A program made the translations under genes and the position numbers. A stretch of DNA of 52,868 nucleotides from an uncultured Acetatifactor sp. Lineage in GTDB: Bacteria > Bacillota > Clostridia > Lachnospirales > Lachnospiraceae. The stretch spans positions 1 through 52,868 of the forward strand of contig CALWLO010000001.1 in NCBI GenBank assembly GCA_944381545.1, read 5' to 3'. A model generated the notes under the pieces. That model had not been told where the DNA came from and searched no databases. It worked only from the letters and a program-made list of their open reading frames with translations. Of the stretch, positions 8,311 to 17,326 are shown one piece after another. Position 1 is the stretch's first letter. Each line of letters begins with the position of its first letter.

Positions 8311-10473
8311 TTAATAGGAAGTAATACCATATTCCTGCATAATTCCACTGAATTCAGGGCTTCTGGCAAATCCTCTGAATACTTCTTCCCTGGCAACCCC
8401 AGCATTCAGCTTATCCATCCAGTAAATCAGTCCTGCCGAATCATATTCCCGATCCATAAAGGTACGGTACAAAATCTTGACGTATTGTTCGTTTCCATAG
8501 TATTTATTCAGGAACTCAGGAGAAAAGATAAACCCAAAAGCAACCTCCTCCACTGTCTTTTCCTTTCGCAGGATTGCCCTACACCAGGTCTCCATACCGT
8601 CTTCATCTCCGCTACGTCCCAAAGCCTTATTGTACAATCTCGTCACAAAGGCAGTCACTCCCTCATTCTGATCCCTATAGGCAGACCAGCTAATAGAGCC
8701 CCGATCCACTCCGAAATTATTGCATACCTGCATAAATTCATTAGAATTGGCAAAACCGGCATACACATATTCCCTGCTCATACCAATTTCCAGCTTTTTC
8801 ATCCAGTATTCTTTTCCGTCCGCATCCGCTGTCCGGTCAAACATCACCTTATACAGGACATCCACATATTCCTCATCAGATAAACCTTTTCCCTTAAATT
8901 CCTCACTGAAGAAAAATCCGTAGGCTACATGACCGCCGTCGCTTTCCCTGGAGATCAGCTTCTGATACCAATAATTAATCTCCTCTTCCCCATAGCTGCT
9001 GCGTCCAAGCGCATTGACATAGAGTCTGATAATAAATGCTCTCAGCTGCTGCTTCTGCTCTTCCGTGGGATTAATCGTCTGACTTGTACCCGGCTCCGGG
9101 CAGGCAGAGGCCGGCATATTCAGATATACCGGGATCTTAAATACAAACATATTATTCAGGGCTCCGGCCTTCTCATAAGCCGCCCTTGTGGTAGCCCCTT
9201 CCGTCATGGGCGCAGTAATATTCTGCATGTACTGATGATAGAACAGGCCGTTATAGGAAGGATCTACATCAAACTTCTGAAGGTACAAGGTATCCTGTCC
9301 TTTTAAAATGTAATTCTTTGAAATAAATTCCGCACCGCCTGCAATGGATTTCACGCGGGTATTCCAGCCCTTACTCTGGGCATACTTCAGTCCTGACTCA
9401 ATCACCTGCTGATCCGTAATCCCGGACGCACTGATATTATAATAATTATAATAGCCCTCATATCCGGGATATGTGCCGGAGATCAGAGCGGAGGTTCCAC
9501 TGACTCCCTGTTCCTGATAGACCCGGGACGCCAGATGAAAAGGGCTTACCCCCAATCCCCTTCCCACCTGATAAAAGTTCTGGGCATAGGATATCCCTTC
9601 CCCGGGAATCTCCCCCCGCATAAAGGTATTCTGTATAATATTCTGTACACCCTGCACGGTATGATAGCTTTCATTATAGGTCAGCTGTTCAAACATGAAG
9701 ATATACCGTTCATTCAGAAAGTTACGGGGATCGATACAATACTCCACAGCTTCCCTGGTAGCCAGATACCAGCCGGGAGATCTCAGCTCTCCCTTCCAGG
9801 CATCCGGTTTGGAGGAATGTACCCAGCTGCGGTCGCCCACCATCTCTTCCGAAATAACCGTTTCCCAGTTTAAATTGGTGTTAAACGGTACAAACACCCA
9901 GTTAGGATGCTGGCTTTTCATCTGATACAGATAGGAGCGGTAGGATTCCGGAAAGGCCAGGATATCGTTGCTTGCTTTCACGGTCAGTTCTCCCTCCGCT
10001 ATGCTTTCATATCCCGTCAGATAACTCTGCTGCCACTCCAGAAACCGCTCGTCCGAACTAATCAGATAGTCCCCCTGCACATAGCCCGTATAGCTCTTTT
10101 CTTCATGGGTATAGCTTACCAGATACCAGGGTTCATTGTCCTGTATTTCCACTCCCATGATCAGCAGCTGGCTACCGGAGGGGATTTCCACCAGGCTGCT
10201 GCCTGCAGCTGCAGCTCCCGCTGCCAAAGGGTAGTTGTCGGTGCGGTATAATACAGCCATAATCTCTCTATCTTCTGTCAGAGAGGCAAGCGCCTGCTGA
10301 GCCTGCCTGATTTGCCACTCGTCCGTGCTATCCTCTGATGCCGCCTCTTCCTGCGTATCTTCTGCCGCATTTATATCCTGATTCTCCATAGCCTGCAGCT
10401 CCAGCTGAAGACTGCTTCCCAGTATGGCGCAGGCCATGCCTGCTGCCAGAAGCCTTATCCATTTGCTCTTCAT
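8311..10473 (-). CDS. Secreted GH73-type N-acetylglucosaminidase (autolysin) with SH3-like domain and four DUF4214-type repeats
   Basis: Signal peptide; WYLVSY...TGYV..DYL (SH3b-like); YCIDPRNFL, GVSPFHLASRVYQEQG, YYNYYNISA, QDTLYLQKF, HQYMQN; four C-terminal repeats. Confidence 0.85.
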   Translation of the reverse strand: MKSKWIRLLAAGMACAILGSSLQLELQAMENQDINAAEDTQEEAASEDSTDEWQIRQAQQALASLTEDREIMAVLYRTDNYPLAAGAAAAGSSLVEIPSGSQLLIMGVEIQDNEPWYLVSYTHEEKSYTGYVQGDYLISSDERFLEWQQSYLTGYESIAEGELTVKASNDILAFPESYRSYLYQMKSQHPNWVFVPFNTNLNWETVISEEMVGDRSWVHSSKPDAWKGELRSPGWYLATREAVEYCIDPRNFLNERYIFMFEQLTYNESYHTVQGVQNIIQNTFMRGEIPGEGISYAQNFYQVGRGLGVSPFHLASRVYQEQGVSGTSALISGTYPGYEGYYNYYNISASGITDQQVIESGLKYAQSKGWNTRVKSIAGGAEFISKNYILKGQDTLYLQKFDVDPSYNGLFYHQYMQNITAPMTEGATTRAAYEKAGALNNMFVFKIPVYLNMPASACPEPGTSQTINPTEEQKQQLRAFIIRLYVNALGRSSYGEEEINYWYQKLISRESDGGHVAYGFFFSEEFKGKGLSDEEYVDVLYKVMFDRTADADGKEYWMKKLEIGMSREYVYAGFANSNEFMQVCNNFGVDRGSISWSAYRDQNEGVTAFVTRLYNKALGRSGDEDGMETWCRAILRKEKTVEEVAFGFIFSPEFLNKYYGNEQYVKILYRTFMDREYDSAGLIYWMDKLNAGVAREEVFRGFARSPEFSGIMQEYGITSY

Positions 10474-10539
10474 CCTTCCATCCTTTCCGACCGCATATTC
10501 CGGTCTCCTTCGTCCACACCCTGCATGCGCAGGCTTATT

Positions 10540-12966
10540 CTATTCCTTTACCTCCATTACCGTATCCTTCTGAATACGTCCCGATCCCGCATAGAGATTC
10601 CACTCTATCCGATATGTCCCCGTCTCCTCCGGGGCCATCAGCAGCACCTGGAAGGCTTGATCCGTTCCCCGGAATCTGGAAGAACCGATACTTACCGTTC
10701 TGCCCTCTTTATCCCACACGGTCCAGGTAAGCTGGCACTCCTGATCCTGTCGCAGCTCCTCTGTCAGCAGCACACTCACGTCCATGCGCAGGAAATCCTC
10801 CTTAAGCATGGGCATACTGCCCGGCATCCGCAGCAGCAATTCACCGTCACGGTCACAGACGGCAAATACCGGTTCCATGCCCCAGACTCTGCGATAGTCC
10901 CGGCTCCAGCTGCGATACAGGGCCAGCGCTCTTTCATGGCGCTGCTCCTCCTGCCTGCAGATGACTGCCTTACGCCGGTTTTCCTCCTCTGTCTCCGGCG
11001 CCAGTTCCTTGGAAAATCCCGCAAAACGGCCGCCTTTGCGATATACGTCCCGGTTCTCATAGACCGCATCATAAAAATTTTCAAAAAGATATTCCGGTCT
11101 TGCCACCTCCGTATTCCAGTCCTCCAGAAATCCCGGCCAATCCATGGTCACATAGGGATGGATTTCCAGCAGACCGGGATATACGCTGGCCAGATAATTA
11201 AAATATCCGCTCCATTCGCTTGCCGCTCCCTCCTGAATCTGAGGATGACGCTCCGCCATCTCCAAGAACAGGCTCTTACAGATGATCTGGGGCATATGCG
11301 CATCAAACATATAAGTGGAATATCCCTGCTGGATCAGGAAATCCCGGCATTTCCACATACTCACATCAAAGGAGGTGGGCTTTCCCTGCGTTCCCCGCCA
11401 ATGTCTGAGATCTCCATTGTAATAGGCTTGAAATCTGCCGCTGCGGTAATACATTTCAGGGGAAATCTCCTGCAGAGGCCGGTAGTCATCATCGCTCATG
11501 AGGAAGACCTGGTCCATTATAGCATGGGCGATGGCCCTTGTGCGCAGGAAAATATTGCGAGCCGCATGATCCTCCGGAAGCCTGCAGCCATCCAGCAATA
11601 CACTGTCCGTCAAATACTGAAGCTGCAGCCGCCCCGCATATCTGCTCCTGATCTCCGTCTCCATGGCATCCGGGCAGCAAAGCACCACCTCCCGGATGAA
11701 AGGCATGAAGTGCTCGATAAAGGGCAGACTGCGTAGGAAATCCTCCGTTCTGGCCGACAGTATCACCATCTGTTTCACTCCGGCGGCAGCTGCCGGATCC
11801 ACCCTGGGCACTGCCGGATCCATTTCCTTCAGCGCTGCCGCTATCCGCTCCGCCACCTGATCCCAGCCCACGGCAGTATAATTCTGCAAAGTCTCCTTCA
11901 TCAGGCAATATGCCGTATCCTGATCCGCCTCCTGAAGCACCTTTGTCAGAGAAGAGACCTCTGTGGGGGAAAAATACCGGCAGTAGTCCCCCCCCACTTC
12001 CCGCATCACCGGATGGTCGGCGGATAATACCGGGATTCCTCTGCTGCAGGCCTCGGCAATGGGCAGCCCGAAGCCCTCCGTAAAGCTGGGAAATATCACA
12101 AAGCGGCTATGGGCATACAGATATTCTATATCCGCATCTGATGCCTCCTCTATCCAGTGCAGCTTCCTGCCCAGCTGAGGGTGACTGCGGATCCTCTCCG
12201 CCGTCTCCTGAATATTCCAGCCCTGATGCCCTGCAATGACAAGCTGCCACCCTCTGTCAAACAGGCCCTGATCCATAGCGTCCAGCACCAGGGTATGATT
12301 CTTACGGGGCTCCACCGTACCCACCATCAGCAGATATTTCCCTCCTGCGGCAATCTCCTCCAGACGCTTATCCGGCTGATTCCCCTGCCAGTGCTTCTGA
12401 AAATCCGTTCCCAGCCAGGAAACCCTGCAGGGAGCCGGATTATCTGCGCCAATCTGCTGCATAAAATCCTGCAGATAGTTGATATTGGTCTGGGTGGAGG
12501 AAATAAACAGATCCCCGTAGGTCACACAGGCGGTCATATAACCCAGAAAGGCCTGAATCGTTACATCCGCTGCATATTCCGGCCACATGATGGGGATCAG
12601 ATCCTGATAGCAGACAGCAATCTTCACGCCTCTGGCCTTTAACTCCGGATACAATACCATCCGGTTACATTTGGAATGCCATACGCTGTCCAGCTCCAGG
12701 AGGATGCTGCCATGGGGAAATTCCCCGGGGCTGATCCGCCGCTTCGTCCGGATGCTTTCCCGCTCGCCCATGCCTTCCCGGTAATATGCCAGAAAAGCAG
12801 GCAGGGACAAAATACCGAAATCATCCTCCTGTTCCCGGTATTCCAGCAGTATCATTTCCAGCTGGGGATCTTGCGCCAGTCTGGTCGTAACCTCCCTCAC
12901 CACTCTCTGGATCCCGCTCAGAAAGTTCACATGCATCAGATTCCCCACATCAATATATACCTTCAT
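10540..12966 (-). CDS. Multidomain glycosyltransferase: GT4 (WbdA/WbpX-like) plus Stealth-like domain plus C-terminal beta-sandwich
   Basis: SGIQRVVRE, VGTVEPRKNH and PSFTEGFGLPIAEA mark GT4. The second half has FLRSLPFIEHFMPFIREVVL, VFLMSDDDY and HMPQIICKS. Confidence 0.85.
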   Translation of the reverse strand: MKVYIDVGNLMHVNFLSGIQRVVREVTTRLAQDPQLEMILLEYREQEDDFGILSLPAFLAYYREGMGERESIRTKRRISPGEFPHGSILLELDSVWHSKCNRMVLYPELKARGVKIAVCYQDLIPIMWPEYAADVTIQAFLGYMTACVTYGDLFISSTQTNINYLQDFMQQIGADNPAPCRVSWLGTDFQKHWQGNQPDKRLEEIAAGGKYLLMVGTVEPRKNHTLVLDAMDQGLFDRGWQLVIAGHQGWNIQETAERIRSHPQLGRKLHWIEEASDADIEYLYAHSRFVIFPSFTEGFGLPIAEACSRGIPVLSADHPVMREVGGDYCRYFSPTEVSSLTKVLQEADQDTAYCLMKETLQNYTAVGWDQVAERIAAALKEMDPAVPRVDPAAAAGVKQMVILSARTEDFLRSLPFIEHFMPFIREVVLCCPDAMETEIRSRYAGRLQLQYLTDSVLLDGCRLPEDHAARNIFLRTRAIAHAIMDQVFLMSDDDYRPLQEISPEMYYRSGRFQAYYNGDLRHWRGTQGKPTSFDVSMWKCRDFLIQQGYSTYMFDAHMPQIICKSLFLEMAERHPQIQEGAASEWSGYFNYLASVYPGLLEIHPYVTMDWPGFLEDWNTEVARPEYLFENFYDAVYENRDVYRKGGRFAGFSKELAPETEEENRRKAVICRQEEQRHERALALYRSWSRDYRRVWGMEPVFAVCDRDGELLLRMPGSMPMLKEDFLRMDVSVLLTEELRQDQECQLTWTVWDKEGRTVSIGSSRFRGTDQAFQVLLMAPEETGTYRIEWNLYAGSGRIQKDTVMEVKE

Positions 12967-12975
12967 TGTCCATCC

Positions 12976-13479
12976 TCATCCTCTCATCAGCAGCTTCATC
13001 GCCAGCTTTTTCAGCGGCGACTTGATGCTTAAGGGAAGCCTGCGGCCGATCCTATATGCCGCAGCCAGAATGCGCTGCTTAAGGCTTCTCCTGACAACTC
13101 CCTGGCCCGCATCCCCCTCCGCATAGATATTATTACGGATGATCCTGCCCTTCGCCGCCACCTCCGGATTCTGCATCAGGGCATCCAGCACAGCTTTTCG
13201 GTAGTCCCATTCGGACAGCTCCGATTTCTTCTGCCAGCTCTGCAGCACTGCCGGTTCCGGCAGTGTCTCCAGCAGGCCATAGTAAGCCATCTGCAGAAAT
13301 TCCGCCCGATCTGCACCCATCAGATCCCGCACATCCAGAATCCCCGGCACACAGGTATTCTGATACAACACCACCCGTCTGCCGGGCAGCTGCATCCCCT
13401 TTCCCGAAGCCTCCAGATTCTGCTGCACCAATGCGTATGCCCGGTCAAAATTCCGCTCCCATGCCGTCATGCTTCTCAT
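12976..13479 (-). CDS. Small protein with a degenerate DUF4214-like helical motif and a basic amphipathic C-terminus
   Basis: No signal peptide; EFLQMAYYGLLETLPE...SW...LMQNPEV; paralog of 14717-15190; in operon between two GT4 genes. Confidence 0.75.
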   Translation of the reverse strand: MRSMTAWERNFDRAYALVQQNLEASGKGMQLPGRRVVLYQNTCVPGILDVRDLMGADRAEFLQMAYYGLLETLPEPAVLQSWQKKSELSEWDYRKAVLDALMQNPEVAAKGRIIRNNIYAEGDAGQGVVRRSLKQRILAAAYRIGRRLPLSIKSPLKKLAMKLLMRG

Positions 13480-13518
13480 CCCTTTCCCTGCCAGACCCTT
13501 ACGGAAGATCCTGTCCTG

Positions 13519-14670
13519 TCACGAGCGATACAGGATTTCCTCCATTCGTCCGCAACATTGCTCCCAGCTCACCGGCCGGTATGCTTTCAGACTTTCCTTC
13601 CTCATCTGATATTTCCGCTCATCCGCATACGCCGCAACCACACGGCACAGGTCGGCCGCATCATCCTGCCTGAACCAGTCGCAGTACTCCCCTGCCACCT
13701 CTCTGGATACCGGAATATCCGCTGCGATGACCGGAGTCCCTCTCTGTATGGATTCCAGAAGAGGCAGGCCAAACCCCTCTGTATAACTGCAGAAGGCCAG
13801 GAACCTGGCATGCTGATACAGATAATCTATGGCGGCGTCCTCCAGTCCGTCAAAATGATAAATGCCCCGTCCATAATCCGGATGGCTGTATAGCTGCCGG
13901 GCAAATTCCTCCATATTCCATCCCATATAGCCGGCTAATATCACATGATACCCCGCCTGCTTCAGTCCCTTTTCATAGGCTTCCAGCAAAAGCTTGTGGT
14001 TTTTGCGGGGTTCAATGGTTCCCACCATCAAAATATAAGGGGCTTCCTCTGCGGCCCTCTGCACCTGCCAGGGAACTTCCTCCGATTCCACCGGACAACG
14101 CTGGCTGAAGTCAGCCCCCAGCGCCGCCACATGACAGGGAGGCAGACAGACCCCCACCTGATCTGCCAGCCGCTTCAGTTCCTCCCCCGTGGCCCGGGCA
14201 TTTACGATCAGTTCATCCGCATATTGCAGATGGGCGGCGATATAATCCATAAAATTGTATACTCCCCTCTCCAGGCAATACTGGGGATGGGTGATGGAGA
14301 TAATATCGTAGATATGCGCCACAATACGTACCCCCTGTTTTTTCAGAAGGGGCAGAAGATAGCTGCGCTTCACCCGGCACATCCACACGGCATCCAGATC
14401 AAAAAACACATCTCCCGGCCGCATATCCGTAACAGCTATTTTATGGCGGGTGATCATTTTGTTTTTGATTCCCTTATGCAGACGGTAATATGCCGTAAAG
14501 CGTTCATTATCAATAAGATGATATTGATCCTCCTTCGCATGATAATGCAGAAGGACAACCTTCTCCTGCCCGTGCTCCAGCAGCCGCAGGATAATCTCTC
14601 TGGTCACCCGCTGTATCCCTGTGATGAAGGTAGCCAGTGTCAGTACCGTGATATCCATATAGATTTTCAT
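13519..14670 (-). CDS. GT4 glycosyltransferase (WbdA/WbpX-like)
   Basis: Start moved to MKIYMDIT (RBS AGGGAG). TGIQRVTRE, VGTIEPRKNH, SYTEGFGLPLLES. Paralog of the N-terminal half of 10540-12966. Confidence 0.9.
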   Translation of the reverse strand: MKIYMDITVLTLATFITGIQRVTREIILRLLEHGQEKVVLLHYHAKEDQYHLIDNERFTAYYRLHKGIKNKMITRHKIAVTDMRPGDVFFDLDAVWMCRVKRSYLLPLLKKQGVRIVAHIYDIISITHPQYCLERGVYNFMDYIAAHLQYADELIVNARATGEELKRLADQVGVCLPPCHVAALGADFSQRCPVESEEVPWQVQRAAEEAPYILMVGTIEPRKNHKLLLEAYEKGLKQAGYHVILAGYMGWNMEEFARQLYSHPDYGRGIYHFDGLEDAAIDYLYQHARFLAFCSYTEGFGLPLLESIQRGTPVIAADIPVSREVAGEYCDWFRQDDAADLCRVVAAYADERKYQMRKESLKAYRPVSWEQCCGRMEEILYRS

Positions 14671-14683
14671 ATCAATCTCCCTG

Positions 14684-14710
14684 CATACCGCAAGCCCTGC
14701 TTGCGATATG
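14684..14710 (-). repeat. Dispersed hairpin-RBS element, copy 2
   Basis: Minus strand CATATCGCAAGC-AGG-GCTTGCGGTATG (one G-U pair), then CAGGGAG-N6-ATG. Confidence 0.75.
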
Positions 14711-14716
14711 ATTTTT

Positions 14717-15190
14717 TCACAGAAATACCTTTCTGATGATCTTCTGAAGCGGCATGGGCAGCTTCTTGCCGAACTCCCGCAGGCAGGATTTGTCCGTAAG
14801 GCCGTACAGTAATCCCATACCATAATAGCGGATGCCCTTTTTCTGTTTAAAATAAGGATTATTCAGCAGCCGGACATGATTGATCGCCACCACACTGGAG
14901 CCTGCGATACTGCGGAGCACCTCCTCCTGAAACTGCTCCCGGCTTTCCCCATACCGCTGCTCCCAGAACGTGACGATTCTTTCCTCCGGCAGACGCTTCA
15001 GCGCTGCCACATGAACCGCCTGCATAAAAGCAGGATTGGGCAGTCCCAGATATCGGGAAACGTCAATCTCCTGGGGATGTGCTCCCGCATCGCACAGAAA
15101 GGTCTCTTTTCCATAGGAAAATTCCTCCCCTGCCGCTTCCATATTGTCCTTTACCACGTCATACAGCCTGCCGTAGATCTCCTGATTCAT
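14717..15190 (-). CDS. Small protein, paralog of 12976-13479 (degenerate DUF4214-like)
   Basis: Start moved to MNQEIYGRLY (RBS GAGGTAGG). AFMQAVHVAALKRLPE...FW; C-terminus GKKLPMPLQKIIRKVFL. Confidence 0.75.
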   Translation of the reverse strand: MNQEIYGRLYDVVKDNMEAAGEEFSYGKETFLCDAGAHPQEIDVSRYLGLPNPAFMQAVHVAALKRLPEERIVTFWEQRYGESREQFQEEVLRSIAGSSVVAINHVRLLNNPYFKQKKGIRYYGMGLLYGLTDKSCLREFGKKLPMPLQKIIRKVFL

Positions 15191-15227
15191 CCTGCCTACC
15201 TCTTTCCGCATATTCTGACGGGCACTG

Positions 15228-16364
15228 TCATGCCTGCTTTCCGCCCAATTCCTCCCACAGCCCCATATAATGCCCGACAATGAACTCCGGCGTATATTCT
15301 GAAAAGACTTCCCTTTTCTCCGGCAAGGAGGCCGCTTCTTTGATTTTCTCCTGCCATTCTCCGGGATTGTAAGGCTCGTCCACATAGACCGCCCTTCCCC
15401 GGGTCACCTCTTCCAGACAGGAGCACCTGGTCATCACCACCCTTTTCCCCCGCTGCATGGCTTCTATGGGAGGCATCCCAAACCCCTCAAAGATGCTGGG
15501 AAACAGAAATATCCGGCAATTCTCATAAAGATAATCCCGTTCTGCATCAGTGACATATCCGGTCTGTACCACCAGGTCTCCGATGTCATAGCGCTCCAGC
15601 CTCTCCTCCAGCTGCTTGGTATCACCGCCCACACCGCTTAGCACCAGCAGACTGTCCCCCCAGGCCCCCTGCTGCTTGATCTGCCGAATCGCCTGCAGCA
15701 GCGTGTCCAGGTTTTTATGGGGCAGCAGCGAGCTGACACAGTAAAAATAGTCCCGCTGCGCCAGATCCCGGATCTGGGGCCGAAGCTCTGCTTTACCCTT
15801 TGACCAGTCATATTCCTGAACACGGATCGGCACATACATGGTCCGGAGTCTGTCCTTTACTCCGGGATAATGGCTGATCAAATCCTGCCTGCAATAGTCT
15901 GAATCCGTGAGGATCCTGCAGGCTCTGCGGCAGGTATGCGCCCACTCATACCGCAGAAACAGCCTCCGGAGCCGGGAAAAGTACCGGGGATAATGCAATG
16001 CCTGCAGATCATGGATCACACAGACATAGGGAATCCTGCTGCCCCAGGTCCATGGCATACTATACACAGGAACAAACAGGATGTCAATCCGCTGCTTGCG
16101 GGCGGTGCGATCCAAATGCAGATTTTCCCAGAGGATACGCCGGGGCTGGCTGCAGCTGTCCGTCGGGCATACATAAAGCTGCATCCGCCCTCCGGCTTTT
16201 ACCGCATAATGCCGGAAACTGCCGGCATTATCCCTGGCAGCAAACAGCACATATTCATTTTTCGTATCATATTGCTGAAAGCCGTCCAGCAGACTGCGGA
16301 TAAAAGACTCCGTTCCGCCGCATTTTCCCACTCTCACCCACAGTAAATCAATTCCTATCCGCAT
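15228..16364 (-). CDS. GT4 glycosyltransferase (WbdB/MtfB-like)
   Basis: Start moved to MRIGIDLLWVRVGKCGGTESF. VIHDLQ, PHKNL, FPSIFEGFGMPPIEAM. Confidence 0.9.
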   Translation of the reverse strand: MRIGIDLLWVRVGKCGGTESFIRSLLDGFQQYDTKNEYVLFAARDNAGSFRHYAVKAGGRMQLYVCPTDSCSQPRRILWENLHLDRTARKQRIDILFVPVYSMPWTWGSRIPYVCVIHDLQALHYPRYFSRLRRLFLRYEWAHTCRRACRILTDSDYCRQDLISHYPGVKDRLRTMYVPIRVQEYDWSKGKAELRPQIRDLAQRDYFYCVSSLLPHKNLDTLLQAIRQIKQQGAWGDSLLVLSGVGGDTKQLEERLERYDIGDLVVQTGYVTDAERDYLYENCRIFLFPSIFEGFGMPPIEAMQRGKRVVMTRCSCLEEVTRGRAVYVDEPYNPGEWQEKIKEAASLPEKREVFSEYTPEFIVGHYMGLWEELGGKQA

Positions 16365-16456
16365 ACTTTCGCCCTCATGCATATTGCAGGTTTTCCCTTC
16401 GATACTGCACCAATACGTATTTGGATGTGCAACATCCAAACTTATCCCCGTACATC

Positions 16457-17206
16457 CTACCCCAGCACCATCTTCGCCAGTTCTATGACAATGCACTCTA
16501 TCAGATACAGCCTGCTGTAGCCATTGATCCGGTAGCAATACTGATAGCGGTCCCGGATCCGGTTCTTCGCTGCCTTTAAGCTTTTGTGATTGCTGGCGCC
16601 GCCCATGGCGAAATCTGCCAGGGTCTTATCCACCGTAACGATCCTGCGGCCCTGCTTTTTCATCTGCAGGAAAAATCCGTAATCGTCATGGATTCCCAGG
16701 CATCGGAACGGATACTGCTGATACAACTGCGCCCGCACAAAGGTGGTGGGGTGATTCCAATCCCGGGAGGTCTGAAAGCGGCGCTGCCTGGCCTTTTTCA
16801 CAATGTTGGAACCATCCGTCTTATGCATCTGGATATTGGCATACATCAGCTCGCAGTCCGTCGTCAAAAAGGTCTCTGCCGCCGTAGCCGCCGCAATGGA
16901 TTCGTACCAGTCTCCGCTGTTTAAGATACCGATGATCTCCCCGGTGGCCATGCGGATTCCCTTATTCATCGCATCGTAGATGCCCTTGTCCGGCTCACTG
17001 CTGATCCGGTAAGCAATGCCCTTTGCTTCCATGGCCGGGCGGTAGCCCTCGGCCACTGCCACCGTCCCGTCACTGCTGGCTCCGTCAATAATCAGGTATT
17101 CCAGCGTGTAAGGAACCTCTCCCGTCTCCTGAGCCAGCACCGACTCTATGGTACGCCCGATGACCCGGGCGCTGTTATAAGCAATCGTAATAATCGTCAG
17201 TTTCAT
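16457..17206 (-). CDS. GT2 glycosyltransferase (WfgS-like)
   Basis: Start moved to MKLTIITIAYNS. IIDGASSDGT, SEPDKGIYDAMNKG, ILNSGD. Confidence 0.9.
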   Translation of the reverse strand: MKLTIITIAYNSARVIGRTIESVLAQETGEVPYTLEYLIIDGASSDGTVAVAEGYRPAMEAKGIAYRISSEPDKGIYDAMNKGIRMATGEIIGILNSGDWYESIAAATAAETFLTTDCELMYANIQMHKTDGSNIVKKARQRRFQTSRDWNHPTTFVRAQLYQQYPFRCLGIHDDYGFFLQMKKQGRRIVTVDKTLADFAMGGASNHKSLKAAKNRIRDRYQYCYRINGYSRLYLIECIVIELAKMVLG

Positions 17207-17326
17207 CCTTATCTCACACTTTCCCGCATACCGCCGCCGGCGGCGCAATTCTCTTAGAGAATGGCCCCTGCCATTCTCGAGTGCGAGATTAGAACTTCTC
17301 TGCGAAACAGCCCTTGCTGTGAGCAG

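Noticed and set aside
16420-16440. Perfect hairpin TTTGGATGT-GCA-ACATCCAAA between GT genes
   Set aside because: Single occurrence with no clear U tract; probably an ordinary mRNA-stabilising stem.
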